Assembly (NCBI GenBank): GCA_000004985.1 | Contig: GG738892.1 | Source of the DNA: Naegleria gruberi | Taxonomy: Eukaryota | Reading direction: 5' to 3' (one strand) | DNA length: 64,000 nucleotides | In this document: positions 13,127 through 22,271 of the stretch, in pieces | Layout: each line of letters begins with the position of its first letter | How positions within the stretch are numbered: position 1 is the stretch's first letter | The notes under the pieces: generated by a model | What the model saw: only the letters and a program-made list of their open reading frames with translations | Told to the model about the DNA's origin: nothing | Database searches by the model: none | Made by a program: the position numbers and the translations under genes

Positions 13127-14500
13127 TTAATTTATTTGTTCGTGCATTAGTAAATCGGATTTTCTATTTCTATACACAATAAAACCCAATACACAAACTA
13201 TAAAAAGTAAAACCCAGTTCAATAGTACTGATAATCCAAGACCGCTTGAAACTGCAATTAATTGAGTTTGTTGCAATAACGTTTCATTCAACATAGTTTC
13301 ATAGTCACTTTGTGGTAATATTTGAATTGGATGAGACAGAGATACTCTCTTGTTCCACACTCCTCTCATTTGGATTGTCAAGAAATAACTAGTTATCCTT
13401 GTCAAAACAACATTAGAAAGCGGAATCTGTAATTGATATATGGAAGAACCAATTCTGTCCATTGCATTAATGGACACTTTCGCGTCATATCCTTTAAAAT
13501 CCAATGAATAAGGAGCTGTCGGGTGAACATTTTCAAATTTGATGAAAATGAAAGGGAATTGAGACGAATATCTAATATCATCACTTGCAAATGTATTCCC
13601 AGGTGATATTTTGAATGGCATTGGGGAGGATAGTGAGATACGAGAGCATTTACTAACATCACCAGAACAGGAATAAACCTTCGAACGATAGCTCTCCAAT
13701 TCCAACAGCTTGAAATAATACTTAGATGAACATGAGCAAAAGAGAGATGGTATTTCAGTCGAGTTAGTAATGTCTTCATCAAAACTAAATCTAAAGTCAA
13801 GTGTTGAGATGGTGAAATTCTCAATTGTAAAATTGAATGACAGGATTGGTTTCAAATTGATTGGAAAATCCTTTTCAATATTTTTAACATTTTCCTGATT
13901 GAAAGTGATAAAACCTGGATTTTGAAGTGGTTTCTGTGGAATGGACAGCTCAAGTTTTCCTTCTGTTGTCTGTGTTTCGATAAATCTTGGACCACATATT
14001 TCAATTTTTTCCCCAAATCTTAATTCAGATGGCAAGAGATCAGCATAGACACCCAAAATGAATTTGTTGTGAACTGCAGTAAAGGTTGACATTGGCATTT
14101 CATAACTGACGCTGGTCAAAGTTGCTTCCCTCTTTCCATGAATTGAATGCCAACCATAATCTGAACACATAAAATCCACAGAATTTGACACTACATTATT
14201 CAGTCCGTCTGGATATCTAAATGTAATCTTTACAGAATCAATTGAATTCTTTACAATTTCACCCTCAAATATAAAATCAAATCTGCTAATTCCCTTTCTA
14301 TTCCCCTCATCCTTAAGATAGTTGTTTGAAACTTGCAAATCAAACGTAACCTTTCCCACAAGCCTAAACTCAACCATCAAAGTTGAGTATTGATTTGTGG
14401 AAAATTGACCTGCAAAATTCTTAGGATTAACCTTAATCTGTGTTTCAAACAACCACATTGTTATTGTCGTATCATCACTCAATGCGCAACAAACATTCAA
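13127..14500 (-). CDS. Type I membrane glycoprotein, distantly similar in architecture to the convergent neighbour at 11566..13110. No ATG precedes the signal peptide, so the N-terminus is disrupted.
   Basis: 457-aa ORF with C-terminal TM LIAVSSGLGLSVLLNWVLLFIVCVLGFIVY then RNRK. Upstream in frame is a signal-peptide-like LIFLFVILTLLNVCCALS with no ATG. Both neighbours share Cys-cluster motifs (LTCACTANSDEIYQKVE vs LFCSCSSKYYFKLLE). The 5' end abuts an LRR-paralog fragment and an N-gap. Confidence 0.5.
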   Translation of the reverse strand: MNVCCALSDDTTITMWLFETQIKVNPKNFAGQFSTNQYSTLMVEFRLVGKVTFDLQVSNNYLKDEGNRKGISRFDFIFEGEIVKNSIDSVKITFRYPDGLNNVVSNSVDFMCSDYGWHSIHGKREATLTSVSYEMPMSTFTAVHNKFILGVYADLLPSELRFGEKIEICGPRFIETQTTEGKLELSIPQKPLQNPGFITFNQENVKNIEKDFPINLKPILSFNFTIENFTISTLDFRFSFDEDITNSTEIPSLFCSCSSKYYFKLLELESYRSKVYSCSGDVSKCSRISLSSPMPFKISPGNTFASDDIRYSSQFPFIFIKFENVHPTAPYSLDFKGYDAKVSINAMDRIGSSIYQLQIPLSNVVLTRITSYFLTIQMRGVWNKRVSLSHPIQILPQSDYETMLNETLLQQTQLIAVSSGLGLSVLLNWVLLFIVCVLGFIVYRNRKSDLLMHEQIN

Positions 14501-14540
14501 AAGTGTTAAAATAACAAAGAGAAAAATTAAATTTATTGTA

Positions 14541-14689
14541 ATGAGTTGTGGGTTGGTTTCGAAACAGTGGAGGAATGTTGTTGTGGAGTATTCGAAACTA
14601 GATGTAACATTTGTTGGTAAAATTGTACCAAATGATGTTTTTTATCAAGTTGCTGGCTTGATGAAACATTTGACGAAACTTGATGTTAG
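14541..14689 (+). pseudogene. 5'-truncated fragment of an F-box/LRR paralog; it runs into an N-gap.
   Basis: 14527..14689 is near-identical to 15003..15165 of the downstream LRR gene (MSCGLVSKQWRNVVVEYSKLDV...), with one ~66-bp LRR unit deleted. It lacks the F-box-containing N-terminal exon. It is followed by the N-run 14690..14739. Confidence 0.5.
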
Positions 14690-14862
14690 NNNNNNNNNNN
14701 NNNNNNNNNNNNNNNNNNNNNNNNNNNNNNNNNNNNNNNGATTTTTGCTAATTGGGCAGAGCCTTAAAAATCATTGGAGTTTTGAGATTCGAAGCTTATT
14801 GGAAGTTAAATAGTAGCTCTTTACAATTCCTGAACAATTAGGAAAGTTTCTTTTTAAAAAAA

Positions 14863-16129
14863 ATGTTCAAAATGGATGATACGGAGAGGGATATAGGAGA
14901 ACCTTCTTGTAAAAAGAAAAAATTAGAATTTTTGAGTGCTTATCATGTATTTAATAGTGATGAAATTTTGGAAATATTATCGTTCATTCCGAAGGATAAT
15001 GTTAAATTTATTGTAATGAGTTGTGGGTTGGTTTCGAAACAGTGGAGGAATGTTGTTGTGGAGTATTCGAAACTAGATGTAACAATTGTAGATTACAAAT
15101 TGTTGGAAGATTTGAAGGCTAGTCATCATTTAAACAATATTGAAACCTTACGAGTTGGTAAAATTGTACCAAATGATGTTTTTTATCAAGTTGCTGGCTT
15201 GATAAAACATTTGACGAAACTTGATGTTTGTAATTGCCAAATTGGAGCCGAAGGAGCTAAATGGGTTAAAAATTTTGAACAATTAACTGATCTCGACATT
15301 TATGGTAATCTAATTGGTGATGAAGGAGCTGTATTCATTAGTGAAATCAGTTGACTATTTTAAATATTGCAAAAAATTCAATAAGTGCCACTGGAGCCAA
15401 ATTCATTACTCGACTGAACCAATTGACTAGCCTTAATATCGCCTGGAACTTTGAATTACAATTTGAAGGGATAAAACCAATTTGTCAAATAATGAAACAG
15501 TTGACCACTTTCGGTATTGGAAGAATTGCTGTGTTCGATGAGGGAGCAAAATTTATCAGTGAAGAAATGAAACAATTGACTAACTTGGATATCAACAGCA
15601 ATATGCTAGGTTCAGAGGGAGCAAAGTACTTGAGTGGAATGGAAACTTTAAGAGTACTCAATATTGCTGCCAATGATATATTTGATGAAGGGCTAAATAT
15701 ATTAGTGGAATGAGTCAATTGACTGATTTGAGAGTACAGGGAAGTGAGTTAGGTTTCGAAGGTGTAAAACATATTAGTGGAATGAAACAGTTGACAAAAC
15801 TTAATATTGGCTGGAATAAGATTGGATATGAGGGGTTACACTTTCTTAGTGAAATGAATCAATTAACCAGTATTTCCTTCGAAGTTGGCAAGGACGAAAG
15901 TTTGAAAATTGGTATTAAAGAGGCTAAATCATTAAGTGAAATGACCCAATTGACCTTCCTTAATATTTGTGGCCATAAATTAGACTTTGAACAAGCCAAA
16001 CTCATTTCCTGCATGAAACCACTGAAAATCCTTCACATCACAAGCAACGACATTTCCACTGAAGAAGAAAAAACACTGCACGATATGAAACAGTGGGAAT
16101 GTTTAAAAATTTACAAACGTTCCAAATAA
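14863..16129 (+). CDS. F-box-like plus RNI-type leucine-rich-repeat protein with two internal frameshifts (probable pseudogene or sequencing errors).
   Basis: Three contiguous ORFs in three frames (14863..15354, 15351..15713, 15710..16129) all encode the same ~24-aa LRR unit (xQLTxLxIxxNxIGxEGAKxISxM). Against the repeat consensus, a 4-bp deletion sits at ~15348 (agtgaaat/cagttgact where gaaa is expected) and a 1-bp deletion at ~15697 (gaaggg/ctaaa). The N-terminus is ILEILSFIPKDNVKF..CGLVSKQWRNVV (F-box-like). Confidence 0.55.
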
Positions 16130-16278
16130 ATTAACAATGTCTCCCATTCATCATTCCTTACTGTTTCATCAAAATCCCTTCTTAACAATATCTTTAGATT
16201 TTTCAGAAATGAGACATTGAATGTTGATGATTTACTTCCTCCGATATTTTCAAACGTTTTTTTTGATTTTTTAAAAAA

Positions 16279-18228
16279 AATGAAAAGAAACTTTCCCGCC
16301 AATTCTCTCGTAGTTTTTATATTGTTGGTGGCTCTTGCTTCATCATCATTCCAACAACAAGAAACCTCTTCGGTAACAGTCTATAGTAAGAATAATTATA
16401 TTCTCAATTCGGAGGACTATTTGAAAGGAGCTGCTGTTGCTAGACTTGTCGATTCTGTTCAATTGAATGGCTGGTCTCAACTCAATATTTCAACCAATGC
16501 TAATTTATTTAATGATGAAGAACAAATGTATGCTGCTGGTATGGCTGAAGGATTAGTTTCCTCCTATCAAACCTGGCAACTTCTTCAAAATCAAATTTAT
16601 GATTGGAATTTCACGGAAAGTACTGGAAGTGTGAAGAGAACTCCATCATCAAATTATGTTTATCCAAAGGGAATTATTAATTTCCTTACACAAAATAATG
16701 CTTGGATGAGAAAGGAAGCTATTCAAAGAAAGGATCATTGCAAGTTTTGGTATCATGTCAATTTGATGATGACTCAATTTGATGGTCTTGTGGATGGTTT
16801 TTTGATTGGACAACAACGTGATTCTCGTATTCCTGCAAATAAGTATTTGGATTGGTTTGATTTGTTGGTTTTGCAAGGTATGTTTTTTAGTATTATTGTT
16901 AATGTTTAATAATTATTTCAATGCATTTCGCATGATAATTTTGTTATTGGATTCGGAATATTACATTGGAATATTGATGATTTTAAATTGAAATTACATG
17001 AAAATGGTTGAAATATATGGAATAGCTGCTGGTGATATGTACACACTTGTGGATGCTTTTGGAAGCTCATTGATGAAGTCTTCTCTCAAGACTCGTGCTG
17101 AAGCTTTTGCATCTGGTATTCCTTTGGAAGTTTTCCAATCTAATGCCTTCACTAGAAAGTATAAAGAAGAGCCACCATACACTGAATGTAGTGCTCTCAT
17201 TAAGGTTACACCAGATTGTAAAAACATCTTTGTAGGTCACACAACCTGGAGAAGATATAACATTATTAACAAGTTCTTCAAGACTCTCACAATGCCACTC
17301 AAGTTTGTTGCTGCCAAGACTGTCAGTATGAGTTCTTCTGCCAGTTTCTTCTCCTCTAAGGAAGATTATTTGGCTATGGACTCTGGTTTGGTTGCTTTGG
17401 AAACCTCTCTCAGTACCTACAATACTTCATTGTATAAATTGCTCAAGCCAGAATCATTACTTTCATGGGTTAGAAGTGTTGTTGCCAGTAGATTGGCTTA
17501 TACTTCAAAGGAATGGATTGATACCTTTGCTAAATTCTCCAGTGGTACCTAGTAAGTTTTCTCAATTCATTCACAAAAATATTTAAATGAATAGCAACAA
17601 TCAATGGATGAGTTTGGATATGAAGAAATTCAAGCCAGGTACTTGTCAATTGGAAAAGGATACCTTATGGATTATTGAAGAACTTCCAGGAGGTGCCAAT
17701 CAAAATGCTGACGTTTCATCAATTGTAAATTCCAATCAAGGTTATTGGCCAAGTTACAATATTCCATACTTCCCAGAAATTTACAACATGCTTGGTTATG
17801 CTGAAGCAAAGAAAAAGTTCGGAAATGAAATGGATTATAAATTGTGTCCAAGAGCTAAGATTTTCGCTAGAGAACAATCCAAGATTATCAATGATTGGAA
17901 ATCATTTGGAAGAGTTTTGCAATTCAATGAATGGCAAATTGATGAATTCAGTGAAGGAGATCCAGCTAAATCAATTGCTGCTCGTTACGATTTGAGACCT
18001 ACCAATGGTCAACTCAAACCAGCTGCATTTGGTGGTGCTGATACTAAATTGACCAGTTACAGACACGTCATGAATAGTGCTACTGGTAAACCTGTTACTT
18101 TCGGTATGGCTGGTCCAACTCACCAAGAACAAGCTCCATTCACATGGAATGATAATCGTTGGAATTCAATTCCACATTTGGGTCAACCAGACACTTACGA
18201 TTTTGACTGGGTTCAATTCAACAATTAA
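16279..18228 (+). CDS. Phospholipase B-like (PLBD / laminin-A family) secreted protein. join(16279..16877,17031..17551,17595..18228).
   Basis: Signal peptide MKRNFPANSLVVFILLVALASSS. Introns are GTATGT (16878) to AATAG (17030), and GTAAGT (17552) to AATAG (17594). Splicing restores the conserved PLB-like motif SGTYNNQWMSLD across intron 2. Other family-typical blocks are present (LVSSYQTWQLL, WNSIPHLGQPDTYDFDWVQFNN). Confidence 0.7.
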
Positions 18229-18326
18229 AAATTGCACTCTCATACTTAGTTTAGAATTATTAAATTCTTGTTTAAATGGTTGAATTAATATTGACCTACT
18301 CAGATTCATAAAATAACCTAGTGTCC

Positions 18327-19334
18327 TTACAGCACAGTACAATTCCAAGAATTATTTTCAGTTTTCTGTGGTGATGGTTCTTGAATTAGTGTCCAATCTT
18401 TCAATTGTTGGAAATAGGTAAATTGCAATTGAACGAACCAAAATGGAGTAAACACATTCTTCATATCCTTTGAATTAGCCTGTACGAAGATTGATTGCCG
18501 GAATCCAAATGCCTTTTTCACAGCCTCCTTTGGGTTGACCATCTCAGTAACTTGAACATTTGAGTACAAGCCAAGAATAATGCCCAGATGTGGTTGTTTT
18601 AGAACCTCTTTAACTGCCTCAAACCATTTATCCAAATCATCAAGTGTTTCCTTTCGATTCATTGCAAAACAGATAAGAAAATTCAACCATGAAAGCCTTC
18701 CCAATTGCTTTACAACTCCAGTCGAAAGGTATCTTTCCTGTCGAGCAGTATCCCATATTTGATGTTTAAACGCTTCCTCACCTCTAAGAGGAGCAAACGC
18801 CTTGACAATAAAATCAACCATTGAGTGAGAATAATTGTCAAAGTGTCCATTGTTCATTGTCTTTGAAAAGGTTTTCTTTCCAACAAAAGCATCACCTACA
18901 AGCATGTACTTGATGGTGTTGTTGTTGGAATTTATGAGCTTGGGTTTCTCATAAGAAGGACGAAATCTAGATCGATAAAAATCCAATAAATTAAATTGAC
19001 TTTCTAATACGTGCTCAACGTTTTTTGAATCTTTTTGTTCTGATGGATTAATATTACCCAATCTAAATGCCAATTGTAATAAATACATTCGAATGAAATA
19101 CTTTGAATTTCCAATCAACGAAATTTTGTCCGATTCATCTTCAATATTTCCATTGGAAGAAGAAATTGAAATTTTACATCCCAACAAATTTTCATCACAC
19201 CTTAAAATTTCATCCACATAAACCCAACATTTTCCCACCACTTGATAAATTGCTTGGTTAGTTCCCACTAGTGAAGCAAGCACATCAATAGGATGCAAAA
19301 ATTGAATAACTGTGGTCCAAACATCTTGATTCAT
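18327..19334 (-). CDS. F-box-like N-terminus fused to a divergent Ras/Rab-like small GTPase domain. An upstream ATG at 19403 is an alternative start.
   Basis: N-terminus MNQDVWTTVIQFLHPIDVLASLVGTNQAIYQVVGKCW is F-box-like. The C-terminal half has G1 KYMLVGDAFVGKKT and G3 WDTARQERY (canonical DTAGQE with G to R), and NKxD is degenerate. The 23 residues before MNQDVW are AT-rich, leader-like translation. Confidence 0.5.
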   Translation of the reverse strand: MNQDVWTTVIQFLHPIDVLASLVGTNQAIYQVVGKCWVYVDEILRCDENLLGCKISISSSNGNIEDESDKISLIGNSKYFIRMYLLQLAFRLGNINPSEQKDSKNVEHVLESQFNLLDFYRSRFRPSYEKPKLINSNNNTIKYMLVGDAFVGKKTFSKTMNNGHFDNYSHSMVDFIVKAFAPLRGEEAFKHQIWDTARQERYLSTGVVKQLGRLSWLNFLICFAMNRKETLDDLDKWFEAVKEVLKQPHLGIILGLYSNVQVTEMVNPKEAVKKAFGFRQSIFVQANSKDMKNVFTPFWFVQLQFTYFQQLKDWTLIQEPSPQKTENNSWNCTVL

Positions 19335-19898
19335 TTTTTTTTGATTGTAAAAATAAAAATTTACAGTAATAAGCAACAAGATTTTTATTTTGTCATGAAT
19401 CATCTTGTATTAAGATGTTGATGTGATCTGGGAGAAAATAAATTGTGCAATGTGCTCATTGGGACAAATTTTAAAAGTTGTAACTAGTTAAGGAACATTG
19501 AGGGGAATGGATTAAAAACTTGTGAAGCAAGTTTTGACACTTTCTACCAACCAAGTGGGTGTTGTCCTTTAATATTAAGGACATAATTCAACTTGTCCTT
19601 TTTCTATCTAAAAAAATACAGTGGATACAATTTCTTTAGAATCATCATCCTCACCAACCCAATAAAACAAAACAACATTCCAAACTTTGGAAGTTGATCC
19701 TTCCCAAATTCAAAATGACAAAGAGAAATACTTCCCAGAACTATTTGTTGAAGATGAACAAGATGTAATCATACAAATTAGTCAAAAGTCAGATTGAAGA
19801 ATTGTCTATTTTTATGTAGAATTGGACTGCTATAACATTTATATTCCATATTTGACAATTTTCCATTAAAACAATTTTTTGTAAATTCAATCAAAAAA

Positions 19899-20381
19899 AT
19901 GCTTCGTTCCAAAATCACTTCCGTTTGCTCATCACGACAATTTATTAATTCCTTCGGCAAATCCTCATTATTTCCATCATTAAACACAAAATTACATAAT
20001 TTCCATTCCTTACAAAGTAACCGAAAATCAAACTCATCCGATATTGATGCAAAATCCATCATTAAATCTATTAAAGTCCCAGAAATGGGTAATGGTATTA
20101 GATCCGCAACCATTTCCCGATGGAAGAAACATCCAGGTGATGAATGTGATGGTTCTGATGTGTTGGCTGAATTGGAGATGAAGAATTCTGATATGAAATT
20201 ATTGCTCGAGTTGAGACCACCTGTTAAGGGACAAGTGAGGGAACATTTGAAGAATGTTGGAGATGAGGTGATGGTTGGAGAGAAGATTGCAACCATGGAA
20301 ACGTTGGATATTGATGAGGAAAGTAGATTGAGACATGTTGTGGAGGATGCTATCATTGATGTTCATGTTTTACCTAAATAG
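19899..20381 (+). CDS. Small mitochondrial-targeted protein consisting of a single lipoyl-attachment (biotin/lipoyl hybrid-barrel) domain.
   Basis: The N-terminal ~60 aa is S/R/K-rich and lacks acidic residues (MLRSKITSVCSSRQFINSFGKSSLF...), i.e. presequence-like. It is followed by IKVPEMGNGIRSATISRWKKHPGDECDGSDVLAELEMKNSDMKLLLEL..VGDEVMVGEKIA, which matches the lipoyl-domain consensus including the lipoyl-lysine position (ExxK). There is no catalytic or E3-binding domain after it. The stop is at 20379..20381 with no donor site. Confidence 0.5.
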   Translation: MLRSKITSVCSSRQFINSFGKSSLFPSLNTKLHNFHSLQSNRKSNSSDIDAKSIIKSIKVPEMGNGIRSATISRWKKHPGDECDGSDVLAELEMKNSDMKLLLELRPPVKGQVREHLKNVGDEVMVGEKIATMETLDIDEESRLRHVVEDAIIDVHVLPK

Positions 20382-20467
20382 AGATGTGGATAGAATAAAT
20401 TAATGGAAAATATAGTTTAATATTAAACTATTTAATATTTACAGGTTTTAGGTTGACTATTAAAAAC

Positions 20468-21768
20468 TTAAGGAAGTGAAATTGTTGAAATTGGAGTGTT
20501 TGGTTCACTATCGATGGATATTGAAGAATTGGAAAGATTATGGAAATTATCTTGATTGGAGGCAGTTAGGAATGTTCCAAATTGTTGGTGATTACTAGTA
20601 TTGGTAGTGTTTGGTGACATTTCAATTCCTTTTGAGTTTTCCAAAGCTCTATTTGTTTTGTGTTCAAAGTTGACTGCCTTAATGGCATTCTTGACCATCC
20701 TTTTCATTTCACTGATAGGTCCAAAGAGGATACACAAACCAACAATGAAAATCCATGTAGCAATTGCCTTTCCAATTAACGAAACCACTTGAAAGTAAAC
20801 TGAAACATTCGAAACTTCTCCTATAAACGAAATCAATTCCATCAAACACAAGAAAACAGCAATCAAAGCAACTAAACTCACAATGATAACAATTCTAATA
20901 ATTGCCTTCTTACTAGTTTCCTTCAAATAATGTCCAGAATTTTCACTACTTTGTTTCAAATGTCTGATTAGCTGAACGGTTGTCCAAATTACATAACCCA
21001 ATGAAGAAAGAACACATAGAATGAAGATAGTTGTTGTCAATGAATAGAAAAATATAAGAGCTGGTTTGATGGTTGTGTCATTGGTTGCTTGTTGAACTTT
21101 TGTTATTTGGTCAACTAGCACAGTAATGATATAACCTATAATCACCACTGAAAGAATGATAGGAATGGTAATTATCGATCCAAGAAGAATCTTGAATACC
21201 TTTTCTGAAATGTATTTCAACTTCCTGCTCGTTTGCAAACTATTTCACATTTAAAACAATTCTAATCTTAAACTAAAACTTACAATATATAACAAACAAA
21301 CAAGAACTGCACCACCAACCACCAATCATTCACAGCCCATCCACAATAAATCAATGCATTAATCACTCTCACATGGAGTGGTTTCTCAGAACTGACAAAA
21401 GTCGCCACAGGAAAAGCCAACATGTTTAAGATTCGTAAAGCAAATAAAATGATCAAGATTACAACACTAGGTAACATGATAGAGAAGAGGATGATCTTGT
21501 TTTTGGAGAAGGGCCTTTTGGGTTTGATAGGAGTTGAAGAAGGATTGTTTTCGTCTGGTTTCGTTTTTTGGCTTGCTTTTGATTTGTGTTTAAAGCAGAT
21601 TAGGAGGGTAAGAATGAATGGAAGGAGAATAATGAAGGATAGCATTTGAATGAAGGTTACCGAAACCTCGCCAATGATTTGCGCAGTGGACACTGTTTCG
21701 TTTAAAGAAGAAGAATTAGATGAAACAGCTTGTATTATGAACAAATCAACTAATGACGACATTTTCAA
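20468..21768 (-). CDS. Multi-pass membrane protein of unknown function. complement(join(20468..21239,21284..21768)).
   Basis: Two ORFs are joined by a 44-bp GTAAGT..AAATAG intron (21240..21283) in compatible phase. There are at least 6 hydrophobic helices (FIILLPFILTLLICF, IILFSIMLPSVVILIILFAL, IITIPIILSVVIIGYIITVLV, IFILCVLSSLGYVIW, IIVSLVALIAVFLCLMELI, IATWIFIVGLCILF). The C-terminal tail is S/N/T-rich. Confidence 0.55.
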
Positions 21769-22271
21769 GCTTAAAGATAAAATCTAGTGGTATAGTGGAA
21801 GGACTCTGTTTTTTTTGAATGTTTCTTGCATGTTTTGGAGAATAATCTTGTTTCTGATAGAAATTGTTGGCGGATAAACAAACTCTGCGCAAATGAATGA
21901 CGATTGGAAATATCCCATCTAACATCTCTCATTGTTTTGGAGAGTGAGCTACAGAATTGATGGTTTCGGTACAGATTTGTTTCGAAGGAATGTTCACGTG
22001 TGGAATATAGAAACCTATAAACGTAGCCAGTTGGAAAATGTATTCTTTTGGTGGATTAGTTTGTTTAATTGGAGTAAAACAGTGCCTTTGTTTCGACTAA
22101 TACCCTTTCTATATTTACATTGTATTACATTGACAATAAAATCTGCTTGATATTAATAGTAGTGGTACTAAAAATCTTAGAAATTGAAACCATAGTAAAT
22201 ACATTTGCCTTACATTGCGAAATTAAACTGTTTCATTCAATCTTCGAGAAAATAGATAGAATGTTTCTTTT

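Noticed and set aside
19778-20356. 192-aa minus-strand ORF antisense to the lipoyl-domain gene.
   Set aside because: It fully overlaps a better-supported + strand gene with a recognisable domain. The antisense ORF has low-complexity composition and no motif.
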